Shown here: positions 28,323 to 36,946 of the stretch, one piece after another | How positions within the stretch are numbered: the stretch's first letter is position 1 | Layout: the number at the start of each line of letters is the position of its first letter | Source: an uncultured virus (IMG/VR IMGVR_UViG_3300032677_000013) | Taxonomy: Duplodnaviria; Heunggongvirae; Uroviricota; Caudoviricetes | DNA: 64,000 nt | Strand: one strand, 5' to 3' | Virus record (IMG/VR): IMGVR_UViG_3300032677_000013 | Notes under the pieces: model-generated | Told to the model about the DNA's origin: nothing | Databases searched by the model: none | The model's input: only the letters and a program-made list of their open reading frames with translations | Translations under genes and position numbers: made by a program

Positions 28323-28685
28323 TCATAAACCCATGACCTCGCTATCGTAATCAGTCCACTTAATTCCCATCGCCGCGCAGAGCATCCGCTCTACCGCCGT
28401 CGCAAAGCAATGCTGGTCAACGTAAGGCGCGGCAGGATCGTCTCCCGGTTCCCCTTCGCCTTCCCACGGCAGGTCAAAGGCGTCAACTTGCTCGGCAGTA
28501 ATGCCCGCGTGCTGGCACAGAAACACTTCAACTAATTCATGAACAACAACAAGCTGCTCATATCGCGGATCAGACATCTTGCTCACACGAATATGCATCG
28601 TGTCGCCGTCTTGCCACCAATCGCCGCAAGTATCGTAACGCTGCTCGCTGTGCGGTATTGTCTCAATAACTACTTTCATCTTCAT
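28323..28685 (-). CDS. putative metal-binding protein (HE..E motif)
   Basis: QRY.T.GDW, VHELVE, EPGD.P.APY..QH..A..VER. Confidence 0.7.
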   Translation of the reverse strand: MKMKVVIETIPHSEQRYDTCGDWWQDGDTMHIRVSKMSDPRYEQLVVVHELVEVFLCQHAGITAEQVDAFDLPWEGEGEPGDDPAAPYVDQHCFATAVERMLCAAMGIKWTDYDSEVMGL

Positions 28686-29998
28686 GATCCCATCCATGCT
28701 GTGCCAGGGCTATCGTCCGCCCCGATAGTGTAAAACTCGCGTCGATCCTCATCCTTGCGCTTGATCTTGGGTGCCTCATAGGCAACGCACATCAACCCAA
28801 AAGCATCAGCGCCGTTGCTCGACCAGTCATGATCCGGCCCCAGTCCAATCCCGCGCACATCGTCGCGCTTTTCATGATACCATCCCAACGCATCACGTCC
28901 AGCTTGCGTCGTGGCATCGTTAAACCAGATCGAGCCAAACAGCCGTCTTGTCGTATCCACCCGGAGCATCGCCGCCCCTGCACCCTGATTAGGCACCAGT
29001 AGCACCTTGAAGCCAGCCGCCTTAAGCGCGCTCTCATAGGTCACGTCAAACACCTTGTCGTGCTGTGCGCCGTCATGCGGGATGATGCAGAGCGCATCCT
29101 CGTAGCCATGCTTGCGCAGCCATGCGACGTGGGTGGCGAGCGGCTGGCCCACCGCCTCGTAATAGTTCAGCACGTTGATGCTCTTACCGATAAATTGGCA
29201 TATCCAGATGCTCACCGCGTCAGCCTTGGCCCCGGTGCCGCCAATGTCCCACACCGCTCTGATCGTCATCAACGGGTCAGCGGCAACATGGGTAATGCGG
29301 CCCTCGCTCTTGGCTGAGGATAGCTGGGTGGCGTAATAAGCCCCCTTGGCCACCCCGATATACTCACCCTCCCACACATGCCCATAGGTATCGGGGTTGT
29401 TGACCTGATCATACAGACGCTCATCAATCAGCGTTTGTGGCAGCCAAGGGTTATCACGCCAGTTGGCCTCAACCACCACAGCACCAGCCGGTAGATTGTC
29501 GCCACTCAGAAGAACGTCAACCGGATCAGTCTTGCGGCGGCGGTTCCAGCTGAACCACAACTCAGAGTCTGGCTTGCGGATCGTCGGGCGAAGTATCTCC
29601 AGACTGCGGGCGCTCAGCGTCTCGGCCTGTTCCACCCACACCCAATCGAGTCCCTCGAAGGACATGATGCTCTCGGCGGTGTGATCCTGCATACCCACAT
29701 AGCTGATCAACCCTCCGCCTGGTGTCCGTGTCTCAGTGTTCAGTAAGCCAAACTGGCCGACCACACTAAACTCGGTGATCTTGTCCTCTATCAGACGCTT
29801 TGCCGATTCTCTCAGGCTCTTCTGTATCTCACGGACGCATAGTCCACGTGTGCCGGGGCGCATCAAACAACTCTCGACTGCGAGCCCTGCGAAGAAATGT
29901 GACTTGCCTGATCCACGCCCACCCCGTGCGCCCTTGTAGCGGGCTGGGTATAGCAGCGGCTCGAAGGCGGCTGCGGTTGGGATGTTGAGAACGGTCAT
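28682..29998 (-). CDS. terL: terminase large subunit (PBSX/Terminase_3-like)
   Basis: Walker A GGRGSGKS, WD.G, HDWSSNGADAF. Confidence 0.95.
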   Translation of the reverse strand: MTVLNIPTAAAFEPLLYPARYKGARGGRGSGKSHFFAGLAVESCLMRPGTRGLCVREIQKSLRESAKRLIEDKITEFSVVGQFGLLNTETRTPGGGLISYVGMQDHTAESIMSFEGLDWVWVEQAETLSARSLEILRPTIRKPDSELWFSWNRRRKTDPVDVLLSGDNLPAGAVVVEANWRDNPWLPQTLIDERLYDQVNNPDTYGHVWEGEYIGVAKGAYYATQLSSAKSEGRITHVAADPLMTIRAVWDIGGTGAKADAVSIWICQFIGKSINVLNYYEAVGQPLATHVAWLRKHGYEDALCIIPHDGAQHDKVFDVTYESALKAAGFKVLLVPNQGAGAAMLRVDTTRRLFGSIWFNDATTQAGRDALGWYHEKRDDVRGIGLGPDHDWSSNGADAFGLMCVAYEAPKIKRKDEDRREFYTIGADDSPGTAWMGS

Positions 29999-30276
29999 GG
30001 CTTAACCACCGTGCGCTTAATCTCATGCACATGCTTGAGCGGTGCGTCGTCGTCGCCCTTGTGTGTCGTGGTAGCCAGCTTGGGGTGAACGTAGGGAGCG
30101 GCGGCTGTTGCGGCCTGCATCCTTGCTTCATGCTCTTGCGTCTCGTCGCGCAGTGTCTTGAGCATGTATTCCAGAGGGGTGATGCCTTGCGCGGCTATCT
30201 CGGCCTCTTTTTTCAGGTTGGTCTTGTTTCTTGAGCCTTTTGGCCGCCCCTGTCCTGATGTGCTAGAGACGGCCAT
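29995..30276 (-). CDS. terS: terminase small subunit
   Basis: GRPKGSRNK, TPLEYML, AAPYVHPKL; upstream of terL. Confidence 0.75.
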   Translation of the reverse strand: MAVSSTSGQGRPKGSRNKTNLKKEAEIAAQGITPLEYMLKTLRDETQEHEARMQAATAAAPYVHPKLATTTHKGDDDAPLKHVHEIKRTVVKP

Positions 30277-30297
30277 AAATCGCCCGTAGTTTGCGGC

Positions 30298-30459
30298 TTA
30301 CTTCAGCCATCCAGATGGGGCGCGACCAAGGGTGTGCGGCTCGGTGGGGGCGCTGCTACCAATGGCGATCTTGCTGGTGGTGGGACGCGAGCCAGAGCCT
30401 ACGCTGGTGCCCTGCTTGGGAGAAGATGCCTTGACGCCGCCAGTGGTGGGCTTAAGCAT
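30298..30459 (-). CDS. 53-aa hypothetical protein, first late gene (not in ORF track)
   Basis: RBS GAGGA; MLKPTTGGVKASSPKQG...PSGWLK. Confidence 0.6.
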   Translation of the reverse strand: MLKPTTGGVKASSPKQGTSVGSGSRPTTSKIAIGSSAPTEPHTLGRAPSGWLK

Positions 30460-30492
30460 GTTTGTAAATCCTCGACTTGGGTTGATGGGCGC

Positions 30493-30521
30493 ATTCTATC
30501 ATATGCTTTTGCTTTCGGCAA
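30493..30521 (-). promoter_or_regulatory. putative late-operon sigma70 promoter
   Basis: minus strand TTGCCG-17nt-TAGAAT. Confidence 0.6.
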
Positions 30522-30607
30522 GATGCCACTTGCGTTTGCTATATCACTCTAGCACATCACCCCTGTCTGCATAATCTCTCCACCCATACATAATAGGGCC
30601 AGCCGCC

Positions 30608-30694
30608 TTAGGGGTATGTTAGTGCCAGAACGCAACTCACAATAGAGACTACAAAGATGGCGGCTATTACCCAATGTTCAGGGTAAATGCGCAT
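30608..30694 (-). CDS. 28-aa membrane peptide
   Basis: RBS AGGAGG; single TM. Confidence 0.5.
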   Translation of the reverse strand: MRIYPEHWVIAAIFVVSIVSCVLALTYP

Positions 30695-30749
30695 AAATCC
30701 TCCTGTAGTGTATCCCCGGCCCTGTTGGTAAAGACCGGGGATAGTGGCG

Positions 30750-31028
30750 TCATGCGATGGGGGCTTGGCCTTCAACGGGAGCGACTGGCTCAGTTGCAGT
30801 AGGATCGGCTGGGACCGGTTCTGCGGGCGCTCCCTCAACAGGAGCAGGTGCGGGCAGAACAGCCTTCACGCTGGCAGTCAGCGCGGTGATCTGCGCGGCG
30901 GCGGCCTGATCGGCAGTGGCAACGCTGGCTGCGTCACTCTGCGAGAGCGTGGCGTAGGCGCTGGTGAGATTGCCAATGGCGGTAGTGAGATCAGCCAGGG
31001 CGGCGTTGGTAGCAGTCAGTTCAGCCAT
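30750..31028 (-). CDS. Ala-rich coiled-coil protein with Pro-rich tail
   Basis: MAELTATN..., start uncertain (could be 31106). Confidence 0.6.
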   Translation of the reverse strand: MAELTATNAALADLTTAIGNLTSAYATLSQSDAASVATADQAAAAQITALTASVKAVLPAPAPVEGAPAEPVPADPTATEPVAPVEGQAPIA

Positions 31029-31145
31029 GTAGATTGCCTTTCGGTGATTATGGCCCCGGAAGCGGGCAGCAAGATAGGTGATGAGCATGGTGAGATAGTA
31101 AACCATCTTTCATCCTTGCGCAATCATATGGGGTAAATTGATCGA

Positions 31146-31733
31146 TCACGGCGCGGGCATCACATTGCCGTCGCCGTCACGGATCAGCGCGCCACATTTA
31201 ATACCAATGCTTACCAAACTATCACTCAGTTGGTCAACATCAGCCTGTGTTAGCGCGGGGCACTCATAGGCGATGATGGGCTGATCTGCCCGGCGGGCGG
31301 AACGCTCCCGCAAAGCAATCTTGCGAGCGAGATGGCGGCGGCGCGCCTCGTCATCATCCCGCCGCCAATCAGCGATAATCTCAAGGCATTCCGCAATCGT
31401 AGGAAACCATTTGAGCGAAGATGTGGCCCGATCGGCAAGGAAGCTAATGGCATCGCGGGGATGGCATCCAAGCTGGCGACGGTAGGCAGCGATGAACAGT
31501 TCCCCGCTCACATCGTCCAAATTGCGCTTGGGCACGCAGGCCAGCATGATCCGCAGGCATTGGTCAAAATGGCGGTCAGAGCATGGCAGCGGATCAGGGA
31601 GCGGGGAGAGCGAGATAGCCTCCACCCTCGCCAAAGTCGTGTCGTCCAAACGGGACGGAAGTGTCATCAAATCCAAGTCGTCGATCGAGGGCCTTAACTG
31701 CTCCATCGCGGCGGTCGATTGATGGTCGGTCAT
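31146..31733 (-). CDS. replication accessory protein (helicase loader/inhibitor-like position)
   Basis: KWFPTIAEC motif; follows initiator. Confidence 0.6.
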   Translation of the reverse strand: MTDHQSTAAMEQLRPSIDDLDLMTLPSRLDDTTLARVEAISLSPLPDPLPCSDRHFDQCLRIMLACVPKRNLDDVSGELFIAAYRRQLGCHPRDAISFLADRATSSLKWFPTIAECLEIIADWRRDDDEARRRHLARKIALRERSARRADQPIIAYECPALTQADVDQLSDSLVSIGIKCGALIRDGDGNVMPAP

Positions 31734-32310
31734 TTTTGGGTGTCCACTTGGTCGCGTTGTTGATCCACGTTCGGAAAGCAGCTTGCCAGTCTTTCGATGT
31801 GCGGCCCTTGTCGGCGGCGTGATCGGTGAAAGCGGCTAGCTCTTGCTCAAATCTGCCCGGTGGCCAGCCGTCAACGGTGCGCTGGGCGGCTGGTGTCAGG
31901 ATTGGCTGCCAGCCAGAAGGCAAAGAATGAGCAGGCTTCGCGCGCGTTGTTTTATCTATTGGTGGTTCTTGATGGTTAAGTGATGGTTTGGCTGACACTG
32001 TGTCAGGGGGGGGCGGACACTGTGTCAGGGGTTGTGTCGTCAATGTCAGGGGTGACACTGTGTCAGGGGTGACTTTGAAGACACTGGATGTCCCGTTGCG
32101 CTCCGTTATCTGAAGGAGATTGCGGGCCTTCAGATCATTGTATATCCGGCGCACAGATCGTTCGGTGAGGCTGCACTTGCGCGCGATGGTGGAAGCCGAT
32201 GGCCAGCACTCACCATGATCGTTGGCAAAGTCACACAGGCACAGCATCACCATTTTGTCGGTGATGGGAATATCCAGTTCCCATGCAATGGACATGAGAC
32301 GGATGCTCAT
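31594..32310 (-). CDS. replication initiator, lambda-O-like with N-terminal HTH
   Basis: K.V.L.L.DFAND.G.CWPS..TIA, KDWQAAFRTW, internal iterons. Confidence 0.85.
   Translation of the reverse strand: MSIRLMSIAWELDIPITDKMVMLCLCDFANDHGECWPSASTIARKCSLTERSVRRIYNDLKARNLLQITERNGTSSVFKVTPDTVSPLTLTTQPLTQCPPPPDTVSAKPSLNHQEPPIDKTTRAKPAHSLPSGWQPILTPAAQRTVDGWPPGRFEQELAAFTDHAADKGRTSKDWQAAFRTWINNATKWTPKNDRPSIDRRDGAVKALDRRLGFDDTSVPFGRHDFGEGGGYLALPAP
31993..32070. repeat. replication origin iterons
   Basis: GACACTGTGTCAGGGG at 31994, 32016 and 32054, plus a degenerate copy near 32037. Confidence 0.85.
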
Positions 32311-32547
32311 TTACGCCCCCTAGCCAACCGTGCCCGAGCGATCCGGCGGGCATCCTCTGCCTGCCTGTCAGCCATCTCGACCGTGCGGTGACGATAGGAA
32401 AAATGTGCTGGCGCGGCGCATCGGCCACTACAGGGATTGAAAAGCCATTCGCTTGCGGGTATTGTTTTCATGTCAATCGGTGGCCTTCCGACGCCGTGTT
32501 GATAGGGTGGGTCGAGCGCGGTCAACGCTCCCCACCCGCCCACTTTA

Positions 32548-32895
32548 TCAAACCCAGCCCCACCGGGCAAGAGTCTCGTCCACATCGGCAAGGCTGCGGC
32601 ATACCGCGTAAAGATGGCCCCAATCGGTCATCCAGCGCTGCACAGATCGTTGCGTGTCCTGTTGATATTTGCCCTCGCACTTGACCTCAATATGACCAAT
32701 GCGCGAGCGTGATCCATAAACGATCAAGTCTGGCATACCGGGCAGTAAACCATCCCGCTTGAGATTGGCCATTTGGATTGATCGCTCTTTTGAGTCACCC
32801 TTCAATATGGCCCCATTAGGCACGGCGACGGCCTTAAATCCTTTGGCGGCCAGATATTTGAGAATATCTCGTTGAAGGCGGGTTTCAGGTCTCAT
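32548..32895 (-). CDS. VRR-NUC nuclease
   Basis: E..LQ, VPNG, G.PDL, IEVK..Q motif. Confidence 0.88.
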   Translation of the reverse strand: MRPETRLQRDILKYLAAKGFKAVAVPNGAILKGDSKERSIQMANLKRDGLLPGMPDLIVYGSRSRIGHIEVKCEGKYQQDTQRSVQRWMTDWGHLYAVCRSLADVDETLARWGWV

Positions 32896-33092
32896 TTTGA
32901 CCTCATGTTGAATGCGCGCTCACGCTCTGTCTCGGCTTTGCGCCACTCTCTCATGTAAAGCAGGCTGGTGAGTCTGTCAGCCTCGTGTATTTCAGCGTCA
33001 GTCAATCTGCGCTCAAGTCTGGCTGCGTCAATTTGTCTCAACCGCCGCGCCAGATCATCGGGATGCAGCCACCTCCTCACGCCAGACCCCAC
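32892..33092 (-). CDS. hypothetical protein
   Basis: coupled ORF. Confidence 0.55.
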   Translation of the reverse strand: MGSGVRRWLHPDDLARRLRQIDAARLERRLTDAEIHEADRLTSLLYMREWRKAETERERAFNMRSK

Positions 33093-33355
33093 ACCTTTGC
33101 AAACCTACCAGACGCATTTTTGCGTCGCCCGCCAGTGTCACGAATCAAGCCTATATTGAACAGCTCGGTAAAACGGGGGCGAATAGACAAAATGGACTTG
33201 CCCAAAAACACCGCCGCTTCATCGGCTGTCATGGATTGAAACATCAAGGCGTTCAAACACTCATCACGCAGCAGAATTGCCGGGCTCTCCATGCTGTCAG
33301 AAGCGGCCTTGCTGGTGTCATGATCGGTATGGCCTGGTTGATATGGATATGTCAT
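33077..33355 (-). CDS. winged-helix protein
   Basis: DTS..A, TADE.A, RPR.TEL, G.I.DTG.RR..SGR.A.VW. Confidence 0.8.
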   Translation of the reverse strand: MTYPYQPGHTDHDTSKAASDSMESPAILLRDECLNALMFQSMTADEAAVFLGKSILSIRPRFTELFNIGLIRDTGGRRKNASGRFAKVWGLA

Positions 33356-33543
33356 TGCGCTTCCTCCTGTTGTGGCATAGGTTTTCCGATAGCGTCGGCA
33401 ACTAGCCTGATATGAGCCAGGCGGCTTCGCGGGATGCCGATTGTTCGCCAGCTATGAACTGTGGAGACCGGAGCCTCAATCAAACGGGCCAGAGCGGTAA
33501 CACCGCCAAAATGATCGATGATGATTTTTGCTTGCGTGTTCAT
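33352..33543 (-). CDS. Cro-like HTH regulator
   Basis: IIDHFGGVTALARLI...STVHSWR..GIP. Confidence 0.85.
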   Translation of the reverse strand: MNTQAKIIIDHFGGVTALARLIEAPVSTVHSWRTIGIPRSRLAHIRLVADAIGKPMPQQEEAQ

Positions 33544-33549
33544 GACATG

Positions 33550-33636
33550 AAATATGCACCATTCCCGGATTGCGTGCAATAAAAATGCGACCATCGCAAA
33601 ATATCTGTTGCATATTACGATTGTCGCATTATGGTG
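33550..33636. promoter_or_regulatory. divergent promoter/operator region
   Basis: inverted pair AATGCGACCATCGCAAA (33584-33600) and ATTACGATTGTCGCATT (33614-33630); minus strand TTGCAC-17-CATATT. Confidence 0.65.
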
Positions 33637-33667
33637 GCCCTATCAGCACACCGTTGGAGGGACGCAA

Positions 33668-33868
33668 ATGACCGTAGAACGCCAAAATCTTTCATCGCTT
33701 TGCCGCCGGGCACTGCAAGTACGCCGACTGTCAGCCGAAGAGGCGCAGGGCCCGATCAATTATCTCGGTTTTTTCGACGGCAAAAAACTCGTGGAGATGA
33801 TCTGCGAGGTCGATATTTTTGATTGTCACGGCAACTCCTTTCATGGTGATATTGAGTGGGGGCGCTGA
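33668..33868 (+). CDS. hypothetical protein
   Basis: RBS GGAGG. Confidence 0.6.
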   Translation: MTVERQNLSSLCRRALQVRRLSAEEAQGPINYLGFFDGKKLVEMICEVDIFDCHGNSFHGDIEWGR

Positions 33869-33870
33869 TC

Positions 33871-34128
33871 ATGGCGCACTTCACCATCCACCAAGTCGAG
33901 GCCATCGCCGCCCGCGCGCAGATCAAGGCGGATCGCTGGGCTCTGAGCAATATCTATGGCGCTCGTGAGCGTAGCGGTGCCCATTTTGATATCATGCTGG
34001 CCGCCGCTGCAGTGCAGGATTGCCTTGCGGGTTTGGATGGTTTTGAGACCGCCGAGGATGATCTGTGGGATGCCCTTGATGGCTTCTACTGCGACTATAG
34101 CGATTTCTTCCCACAGGTGGTGGCATGA
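33871..34128 (+). CDS. hypothetical protein
   Basis: coupled early gene. Confidence 0.6.
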   Translation: MAHFTIHQVEAIAARAQIKADRWALSNIYGARERSGAHFDIMLAAAAVQDCLAGLDGFETAEDDLWDALDGFYCDYSDFFPQVVA

Positions 34129-34421
34129 GCAAGGAACTCTACATAAAGGCCCATGAGGCCCTGATCGAAGCCTACATCGAGGAAGCCAGCGTTTGCAGCT
34201 TTTGCGATGGCACCGGACGCATCGCACTTCGCCATGCGAACGACCCATTTGACCCGGGCACCGATTGCCCCAAGTGCGACGGGGCTGGAGAGTTAGAGGT
34301 GAGCTGGCAGGATGCTTATGAGGCCACCGCCGACGACGCCTATCAGGCAATGCAGGACGATCTGGCTGACTACGGCGATCATCTTCACGAGATGCGCCGA
34401 GAACGGGAGTGTGACCTGTGA
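34125..34421 (+). CDS. CxxCxGxG zinc-finger protein
   Basis: CSFCDGTG and CPKCDGAG. Confidence 0.75.
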   Translation: MSKELYIKAHEALIEAYIEEASVCSFCDGTGRIALRHANDPFDPGTDCPKCDGAGELEVSWQDAYEATADDAYQAMQDDLADYGDHLHEMRRERECDL

Positions 34422-34645
34422 ACGCGCCCCTCGCCATCACCAGCCCCCGCGAGCTTGAGAAGGCCGCTAACGACGCCATCACCGCCAAGCTTCGGTTTGA
34501 TGCCTATCAAGGCAATGATCGGGAATGGGATCGCCTTTGCCGTGAGAGCGACGAGGCGACTCTCGTGTTTCAGTCCACCCTTCACAGGGCTGGTATTAGC
34601 AAGGGCTTGATGGCCGCGCTTATCGGCAGCGGGGTGGTTGCATGA
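34418..34645 (+). CDS. hypothetical protein
   Basis: GTGA coupling. Confidence 0.6.
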   Translation: MNAPLAITSPRELEKAANDAITAKLRFDAYQGNDREWDRLCRESDEATLVFQSTLHRAGISKGLMAALIGSGVVA

Positions 34646-34772
34646 TCCGCCTCCGCTACATTCTCCTTGGGGCCGTCATCCTCGTGTTTTGGTCAGAGAC
34701 ATCGCCCGGCATCGAGGCCAAGCGCGCTGGGGTGCTGGTGGGTTTCCACCTGCCAGTTGCAGAGGTGCGGCC

Positions 34773-36260
34773 ATGAGTGGGCGCGTCATCTACCTGCCGT
34801 GGATCGAGCGTTCCATGCTGCAGGCAGACCCCGAGGCCCGCTTTGTGTTTGGCGACAATGCCGAACGCTGGGGCCTTGGCGGTCAGGCCAAGGAGATGCG
34901 CGGCGAGCCCAATGCCATTGGTGTGGCCACGCTCTGGTCGCCCGGGCAGTTTTACCCAGCCGGGGAAGTGGCTGCTGTGTGTGTTGTGCTGGACTTCTAC
35001 CCGCTCGAAAATGGAAATCGTTTCGCCAAGGTCACGATGCGCGGTCAGGTTGATCGCAGCGATGACAGGAAATGGGCTGCGGCCGAACTGACGGTTGATG
35101 TTGAACTGACGTTCCCGGCCTTTGTCACTGAGGTGATCCGCTGGGCTTGGGATGCGTGCAAGGCCGATGCGAGCGTCGAAGGAAATGTGACTAGCGGGAA
35201 ATACGCGACGAACGCCAGCAGCGGGGACTACGCGACGAACGCCAGCAGCGGGGACTACGCGACGAACGCCAGCAGCGGGGACTACGCGAAGAACGCCAGC
35301 AGCGGGGACTACGCGACGAACGCCAGCAGCGGGGACTACGCGAAGAACGCCAGCAGCGGGGACTCCGCGAAGAACGCCAGCAGCGGGAAATACGCGACGA
35401 ACGCCAGCAGCGGGGACTACGCGACGAACGCCAGCAGCGGGCAATCCGCGAAGAACGCCAGCAGCGGGCAATCCGCGACGAACGCCAGCAGCGGGAAATA
35501 CGCGACGAACGCCAGCAGCGGGGAATCCGCGACGAACGCCAGCAGCGGGGACTACGCGAAGAACGCCAGCAGCGGGCAATCCGCGAAGAACGCCAGCAGC
35601 GGGCAATCCGCGACGAACGCCAGCAGCGGGGACTACGCGAAGAACGCCAGCAGCGGGGACTACGCGAAGAACGCCAGCAGCGGGGACTACGCGAAGAACG
35701 CCAGCAGCGGGGACTACGCGAAGAACGCCAGCAGCGGGGACTACGCGACGAACGCCAGCAGCGGGGACTACGCGAAGAACGCCAGCAGCGGGGACTACGC
35801 GAAGAACGCCAGCAGCGGGGACTACGCGAAGAACGCCAGCAGCGGGGACTCCGCGACGAACGCCAGCAGCGGGGACTACGCGAAGAACGCCAGCAGCGGG
35901 GACTACGCGAAGAACGCCAGCAGCGGGGACTACGCGACGAACGCCAGCAGCGGGGACTACGCGAAGAACGCCAGCAGCGGGGACTCCGCGAAGAACGCCA
36001 GCAGCGGGGACTACGCGAAGAACGCCAGCAGCGGGGACTCCGCCTATAATGAGGCCACGGGCCAGCATTCCGTGATCAGCGGGGCAGGGCGCGGCACCCA
36101 ATACAAGGGCGCTGTCGGCGTGTGGATTTCCGCCGCTGAATATGCCCAGATTGACGGCGTATGGCGATGCATTGGCTTCGCCACCGGGCAGGCTGGGCAT
36201 GATGGTGTCCCCGCTGACACATGGTTGATCGCCCATGGCGGCAAGATGGTGCCAGCATGA
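34773..36260 (+). CDS. fusion: FVFGDN..GGQA (DUF7831/A1S_2505-like) fragment plus DUF7666-like NASSGDYA-repeat protein
   Basis: RBS GAGG; two recognisable part-domains followed by 31 nonapeptide repeats. Confidence 0.75.
   Translation: MSGRVIYLPWIERSMLQADPEARFVFGDNAERWGLGGQAKEMRGEPNAIGVATLWSPGQFYPAGEVAAVCVVLDFYPLENGNRFAKVTMRGQVDRSDDRKWAAAELTVDVELTFPAFVTEVIRWAWDACKADASVEGNVTSGKYATNASSGDYATNASSGDYATNASSGDYAKNASSGDYATNASSGDYAKNASSGDSAKNASSGKYATNASSGDYATNASSGQSAKNASSGQSATNASSGKYATNASSGESATNASSGDYAKNASSGQSAKNASSGQSATNASSGDYAKNASSGDYAKNASSGDYAKNASSGDYAKNASSGDYATNASSGDYAKNASSGDYAKNASSGDYAKNASSGDSATNASSGDYAKNASSGDYAKNASSGDYATNASSGDYAKNASSGDSAKNASSGDYAKNASSGDSAYNEATGQHSVISGAGRGTQYKGAVGVWISAAEYAQIDGVWRCIGFATGQAGHDGVPADTWLIAHGGKMVPA
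35211..36047 (+). repeat. 31 x 27-bp coding tandem repeat
   Basis: AACGCCAGCAGCGGG(GAC/AAA/CAA/GAA)(TAC/TCC)GCG(AAG/ACG); last unit ends GCCTAT. Confidence 0.97.
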
Positions 36261-36481
36261 CTGGCTCCAAAACACACCGTGGCTGGACGATTGATTATGA
36301 CCCCAAGCCCGTCCCTGATCGCAGTTGGGATTGGACAGCCGCCGCGCCGGATTTTGATGTTGATTTTCAAGATGGGCGCTGGGTTACATCTGGCGGTCAT
36401 GTAAATGCCGCCACCTATGACGATCTAATTGCACAGATTGACGCATATGAATTGGAAAGGGATGACAATGCAAAAGTTTAA
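36257..36481 (+). CDS. hypothetical protein
   Basis: ATGA coupling; W.I.YDPKP.P.R..DW. Confidence 0.7.
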   Translation: MTGSKTHRGWTIDYDPKPVPDRSWDWTAAAPDFDVDFQDGRWVTSGGHVNAATYDDLIAQIDAYELERDDNAKV

Positions 36482-36641
36482 AGAATGGCTCTCGCTAAAA
36501 TGCTTTATTGCGGCGATCCGGCTTGATCTTTCGACAGTCGCGGCCTGCATCCGTGTGGTTCAAGATATTGCTAATGATGTGGGTGAAGATGGGGTGCATG
36601 GAGATGTTCCCGCCATGCCTGTTGAATATGAATATCTTTAA
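36468..36641 (+). CDS. hypothetical protein
   Basis: short overlapping ORF. Confidence 0.5.
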   Translation: MQKFKEWLSLKCFIAAIRLDLSTVAACIRVVQDIANDVGEDGVHGDVPAMPVEYEYL

Positions 36642-36652
36642 GGGATCTGAAA

Positions 36653-36946
36653 ATGGATGATCGTGATAGTTGGCTAAAGGCCAATGGCCAGCCAGAAAGC
36701 CCGCTTAGGGCTATTCGTGCAAAATGCCTTGATTGCTGTTGTTATCAGCCGTCATTGGTGCGCGAATGTGAAATTACAAAGTGCGTCCTGCATCCGTTCA
36801 GGATGGGCAAAAATCCCTTTAGAACTAAAAGGGAAATGACAGAAGAACAACTAATCGGGATGCGTGAGCGCATGGCCAAGATGCATCTTGCGCGCACGGC
36901 TAATAGCCATGAAAACAAGCCGGATGACATATCGGAGGATGATTGA
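36653..36946 (+). CDS. Cys-rich Zn-binding phage protein
   Basis: PL.AIRAKCLDC...V..C....C.L.PFR.G. Confidence 0.8.
   Translation: MDDRDSWLKANGQPESPLRAIRAKCLDCCCYQPSLVRECEITKCVLHPFRMGKNPFRTKREMTEEQLIGMRERMAKMHLARTANSHENKPDDISEDD

Larger units (their letters stand above)
1..35081. mobile_element. Phage A: P22-like podophage, apparently one full genome unit
   Basis: terS-terL-portal-scaffold-coat-gp4-gp10-ejection gene order on the minus strand; early genes on plus; bases 1-116 recur exactly from 35082. Confidence 0.85.

Noticed and set aside
30711..30743. 9-bp hairpin as an intrinsic terminator
   Set aside because: Long loop and no U tract on either strand
35211..36047. CRISPR array or DGR template/variable repeat
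   Set aside because: No unique spacers, the unit is an in-frame 27-mer, many adenines are invariant, and there is no cas or reverse transcriptase gene in the window
34656..36275. 539-aa minus-strand VPAAGV ORF
   Set aside because: Antisense shadow of the coding repeat
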